32,000 bases of DNA, from assembly GCF_000260965.1 (NCBI RefSeq), contig NC_017856.1, positions 2,640,001 to 2,672,000 on the forward strand. Direction: 5' to 3'. Position 1 is the first letter of the stretch, and each line of letters opens with the position of its first letter. The notes below the pieces were generated by a model. The model did no database searches. It was not told where the DNA came from and saw nothing but the letters and a program-made list of their open reading frames with translations. The DNA is from Methylophaga frappieri (GTDB taxonomy: Bacteria; Pseudomonadota; Gammaproteobacteria; Nitrosococcales; Methylophagaceae). A program made the translations under genes and the position numbers. Positions 28,188 to 32,000 of this stretch are shown piece by piece.

Positions 28188-30617
28188 ATGGAAAATAAAA
28201 CGACCACCGTGACCGAAGACACACTGGAAAAATTACCCGTGTTACCCCTGCGGGATGTTGTGGTCTATCCGCATATGGTTATTCCATTGTTTGTTGGCCG
28301 AGAAAAATCCATTAAAGCGCTTGAAGTGGCCACCGATGAAAATCAGCCTATCTTATTAGTTGCGCAAAAAGACTCTGGTGAAGATGCGCCATCTGCTGAC
28401 AATCTTTACGATACCGGTACCGTTGCCAATATCCTGCAGCTTCTAAAGCTGCCTGATGGTACGGTAAAAGTACTGGTAGAAGGGACGCAACGCGCTCAAG
28501 TGACACGTATTGACGATAGTCAAGAGTATTTCGAAGCCGACATTGTCATGCTCAGTGATGCGCTTCCTGAAGAGCGAGAAGCCGATGTTCTGATGCGTAC
28601 GCTACTCACGCAATTTGAGCAATACGTAAAATTAAACAAAAAAATTCCGCCTGAAGTGATTGCCTCACTTTCCGGTATAGAAGAGTCTGCGCGGATGGCA
28701 GATACAGTTGCTGCGCACATGACGCTCAAACTGGAAGATAAACAGCAATTGCTGGAGATGGCAGACGTCAAAGAACGTATCGAAAAGCTGATGGCTTATC
28801 TGGAATCGGAAATCGATATTCAGCAAATCGAAAAGCGCATTCGTAACCGTGTCAAAAAACAAATGGAGAAAAGCCAGCGCGAGTATTATCTTAATGAGCA
28901 GCTTAAAGCTGTCCAAAAAGAGCTTGGTGAGCTTGATGAAACAGCCAACGAAAATGATGAGTTAGCTGAGAAAATTGCTGAAGCTGGCATGCCGAAAGCG
29001 GCACGTGAAAAAGCCGAGTCTGAGCTGAAAAAACTAAAAATGATGTCGCCGATGTCCGCGGAAGCGACTGTAGTGCGAAATTATATTGAGTCATTGCTTG
29101 AAGTGCCGTGGAAGAAGCGTTCCAAGGTGACGTTGGATCTGGATCGTGCTCAAACGATTCTTGATGAAGATCATTTTGGCCTTGAAAAAGTCAAAGAACG
29201 TATTGTCGAGTATCTTGCAGTACAAAAACGGGTCAAAAAGATCAAAGGCCCTATTTTGTGTCTGGTCGGTCCACCGGGTGTGGGTAAAACGTCTATCGCG
29301 CAGTCTATCGCCAGAGCAACCAATCGTAAGTTTACGCGGATGGCACTTGGCGGCGTTCGTGACGAAGCCGAGATACGTGGTCACCGCCGCACTTACATCG
29401 GTTCAATGCCCGGCAAAGTGATGCAGAATATCGCCAAGACAGAAGTTAAAAATCCACTTTTCTTGCTGGATGAAATTGACAAAATGGCAATGGATTTTCG
29501 TGGTGATCCTGCATCAGCGTTACTTGAAGTGCTGGATCCTGAGCAAAACTCAACCTTTGCAGATCATTATCTTGAGGTGGAATACGATCTGTCCGATGTA
29601 ATGTTTGTCTGCACGGCGAATACACTGAATATCCCTGATGCATTGCGTGATCGGATGGAAATTATTCGTTTGGCGGGTTATACCGAAGATGAAAAACTCA
29701 ACATTGCGCTGCAATATCTGTTGCCAAAAGCGCTGAAAGACACAGGATTAAAACCTTCAGAAGTTGACATTACCAGCCAGGCTGTCATGGAAATTATTCG
29801 GCGCTACACCCGCGAAGCCGGCGTGCGCAGTTTACAACGTGAAATTGCCAAGGTTTGTCGAAAAGTATTGAAGCAAATTCTGAAAACGTCAGACTCAGAC
29901 AAAATTGTTGTGACAGCCGATAACCTGGAAGATTATCTTGGTGTTTACCATTATCAATATGGGGTCGCTGAGGAAAGTGATCGTATTGGTCAGGTCACCG
30001 GGCTCGCCTGGACGGAAGTTGGTGGTGAGTTATTAACGATTGAATCGGCCGTGATGCCAGGCAAGGGCAAGGCAAGTTATACCGGTAAGCTGGGCGATGT
30101 CATGCAAGAATCTATTCAGGCAGCGACCACAGTAGTGCGATCTCGTGCAGCGGAGTGGGGCGTTGCAGATGATTTTATTCAAAACCATGATTTGCATATC
30201 CATGTGCCAGAAGGCGCAACGCCGAAAGATGGTCCAAGTGCTGGTATCGGAATGTGTACTGCCTTACTGTCTGCGATTACGGGTATTCCCGTTAAAGCGA
30301 ATGTCGCGATGACCGGTGAAATTACCTTGCGAGGTGAAGTTCTTGCCATTGGCGGACTAAAAGAAAAACTGCTGGCAGCGCATCGTGGGGGGATTGATAC
30401 CGTTTTAATACCTAAAGATAATGTGAAAGATCTCCGAGAGATTCCGGATAATGTTAAAAAAGGATTGAAAATCATACCGGTACGCTGGATTCAGGAAGTG
30501 CTGGAAGTGGCTTTGCAGCAATTGCCAGAGCCACGCAACACGTCTGAACCATCACCGGCCGTGATGAGTGGTGAAAAACCGGGATTTCACGAGGTGAACA
30601 CACAAAACCGGCATTAA
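28188..30617 (+). CDS. lon: Lon protease (LonA)
   Basis: It has the LonA N-domain (LPVLPLRDVVVYPHMV), a Walker A motif (GPPGVGKTS), and the catalytic Ser in PKDGPSAGI with Lys in a TGEITLRG context. I prefer the ATG at 28188 (GAGG RBS) to the ORF-track TTG at 28164. Confidence 0.96.
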   Translation: MENKTTTVTEDTLEKLPVLPLRDVVVYPHMVIPLFVGREKSIKALEVATDENQPILLVAQKDSGEDAPSADNLYDTGTVANILQLLKLPDGTVKVLVEGTQRAQVTRIDDSQEYFEADIVMLSDALPEEREADVLMRTLLTQFEQYVKLNKKIPPEVIASLSGIEESARMADTVAAHMTLKLEDKQQLLEMADVKERIEKLMAYLESEIDIQQIEKRIRNRVKKQMEKSQREYYLNEQLKAVQKELGELDETANENDELAEKIAEAGMPKAAREKAESELKKLKMMSPMSAEATVVRNYIESLLEVPWKKRSKVTLDLDRAQTILDEDHFGLEKVKERIVEYLAVQKRVKKIKGPILCLVGPPGVGKTSIAQSIARATNRKFTRMALGGVRDEAEIRGHRRTYIGSMPGKVMQNIAKTEVKNPLFLLDEIDKMAMDFRGDPASALLEVLDPEQNSTFADHYLEVEYDLSDVMFVCTANTLNIPDALRDRMEIIRLAGYTEDEKLNIALQYLLPKALKDTGLKPSEVDITSQAVMEIIRRYTREAGVRSLQREIAKVCRKVLKQILKTSDSDKIVVTADNLEDYLGVYHYQYGVAEESDRIGQVTGLAWTEVGGELLTIESAVMPGKGKASYTGKLGDVMQESIQAATTVVRSRAAEWGVADDFIQNHDLHIHVPEGATPKDGPSAGIGMCTALLSAITGIPVKANVAMTGEITLRGEVLAIGGLKEKLLAAHRGGIDTVLIPKDNVKDLREIPDNVKKGLKIIPVRWIQEVLEVALQQLPEPRNTSEPSPAVMSGEKPGFHEVNTQNRH

Positions 30618-30634
30618 TTTAACGGGGAACAGTC

Positions 30635-31372
30635 ATGACACCGACGCAACAACAACGCCTGATAGGTGCCGCAGTTTTGCTGCTGATTATTGTGGCTTTA
30701 GCCTTTACGGTGTTGAACAAAGTGGGTGAACATCAGCGTGAAAAGGATGTCACGCTACCTGAACCAATTGACTTTACTTCGGTTATTGAGCCACTCGAAT
30801 CGACTCCGCCAACGGAAACAATGGTGGATGCGGACACCTTGAAAGACGCAGATCCCCTCGCTGAAAATGACTCGGAAAGTTTACCTGACAGGGTAAGTCA
30901 AGCCACTGAAGCTGATCCGGAGCAAGTGACAACGTCAGCAGCAGCTGATGTTGAAAGTGAATTCAACGAATCATCATCAAGCGCATCCGAGCAGGAGAAT
31001 CTGCCATCACCAGTACCGACGCCAAAACCGGTTGAAAAAGTGCCAGCGACACCGGAAACGGCTCAGTCGTCAGTTTCGGCCGATGCTAACAAAAACGAAA
31101 CAGCGCTGACGTCGACAACGGTTGATTCGACGTCACCCACTGAGCGTTGGCAAGTTCAACTCGGCAGTTTTTCAGTTCAGGAAAATGCCTTAACGCTGCA
31201 GAATAAGGCAAAACAAGCGGGATTCGAGGCGCATATTGAAAAAATAACCCTCGCGGGCGTGGTGAATTATCGTGTGCGCATGCCTTCATCGGCTAACCGG
31301 TCCGCTGCAGATGATTTGGCAGCAAAACTGGCCCAAGCCCTCAATATTAAAACTCAAGTGATGCAACCCTGA
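30635..31372 (+). CDS. SPOR-domain cell-division protein, DedD-like
   Basis: It has an N-terminal TM helix, an acidic Ser/Thr/Pro-rich linker and a C-terminal SPOR pattern (WQVQLGSFSVQENALTLQNKAKQAGFEA...YRVRM). It sits upstream of cvpA-purF, like E. coli dedD. Confidence 0.7.
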   Translation: MTPTQQQRLIGAAVLLLIIVALAFTVLNKVGEHQREKDVTLPEPIDFTSVIEPLESTPPTETMVDADTLKDADPLAENDSESLPDRVSQATEADPEQVTTSAAADVESEFNESSSSASEQENLPSPVPTPKPVEKVPATPETAQSSVSADANKNETALTSTTVDSTSPTERWQVQLGSFSVQENALTLQNKAKQAGFEAHIEKITLAGVVNYRVRMPSSANRSAADDLAAKLAQALNIKTQVMQP

Positions 31373-31473
31373 TTTTATTAGTCGGCCCTTGTCTCGATTT
31401 CGATATTTTTCTGTGGCTAGTCTGGGCAATCTGTTAAAATACGCTTTTAGTTTGCAGCGTGGTGACATCGTCG

Positions 31474-31962
31474 ATGAACTGGGTTGATTTTCTGATTATC
31501 GCCATAATTCTGCTGTCCGCTGGTATTAGTATTATTAGAGGCTTCGTCCGGGAAGTATTATCTTTGATAAGCTGGGTGTTGGCTTTTTGGGTAGCGCTGA
31601 CTTTCTATACCTATCTGGCCGGCCTTCTTGTCCCTTATATTGATACTCTTTCAATACGTTTGTTTGCGGCATTTTTTGTGTTGTTTGCGGTGACCTTGAT
31701 CTTGGGTGCACTGGTAAATCACACGATTGCTCAGCTCGTTGATAAAACCGGATTAAGTGGTACCGATCGTGCACTTGGCGTGATTTTTGGTTTATTGCGT
31801 GGCATCGCTATTGTCACTGTGCTGGTGATTCTGGCTGGTCTGACACCAATGCCAACTGACGATTGGTGGCAGAATGCCCTGTTGTTGCCACAATTTGAAA
31901 GGCTGGCAACTTGGGCATTAGGTTTTGTGCCGGCTGATATTGCTGCGCATGTCAATTTTTAA
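31474..31962 (+). CDS. cvpA: Colicin V production protein CvpA (inner-membrane protein)
   Basis: It is collinear with E. coli CvpA from MNWVDFLIIAIILLSAGISIIRGFVRE, and includes KTGLSGTDRALGVIFGLLRG. The internal ATG at 31474 matches the homolog's start. Confidence 0.88.
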   Translation: MNWVDFLIIAIILLSAGISIIRGFVREVLSLISWVLAFWVALTFYTYLAGLLVPYIDTLSIRLFAAFFVLFAVTLILGALVNHTIAQLVDKTGLSGTDRALGVIFGLLRGIAIVTVLVILAGLTPMPTDDWWQNALLLPQFERLATWALGFVPADIAAHVNF

Positions 31963-31985
31963 TTCATCCTGGCAGGACTGATTTT

Positions 31986-32000
31986 ATGTGTGGAATTATT
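31986..32000 (+). CDS. purF: Amidophosphoribosyltransferase, first 5 codons only (3'-truncated by the window edge)
   Basis: The ATG is followed by CGII, which matches the MCGI(V/I) Ntn-amidotransferase N-terminus. It also follows cvpA, as in cvpA-purF synteny. Only 15 nt are visible. Confidence 0.5.

Overview
This window is a gammaproteobacterial-type chromosomal segment. About 85% of it is ordinary, densely packed housekeeping DNA. The gene order is: recJ (5'-truncated by the window edge), a frameshifted DinG/YoaA-family helicase, ppiC, a DJ-1/PfpI protein, pyrC, ilvI-ilvH-ilvC, pssA, holD-rimI, sodB, argD-argF, murU-amgK, yceF(maf), pgm, a NERD-domain protein with a 5'-nucleotidase, tRNA-Leu(UAG), tig-clpP-clpX-lon, a dedD-like SPOR protein, cvpA and the first codons of purF. 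I found no CRISPR array, transposase, integrase, rRNA or recognisable defence or toxin genes.

The only clearly accessory stretch is an AT-rich islet of about 4.6 kb between recJ and the helicase (about 1397-5993). It contains:
- a second, divergent copy of the recJ 3' end;
- two divergent paralogs of an unrecognised small six-cysteine membrane-anchored protein, stacked as two ~0.8-kb modules;
- a stump that looks like a Tat signal peptide;
- a NarL/LuxR-type two-component system;
- a ChrR-like cupin;
- about 0.5 kb of AT-rich DNA with no ORF.

The recJ-tail/Cys-rich-gene module stack is my best candidate for something undescribed. Its function cannot be read from the sequence. All functional calls rest on motif and family recognition by eye, plus synteny. 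No database search was run.
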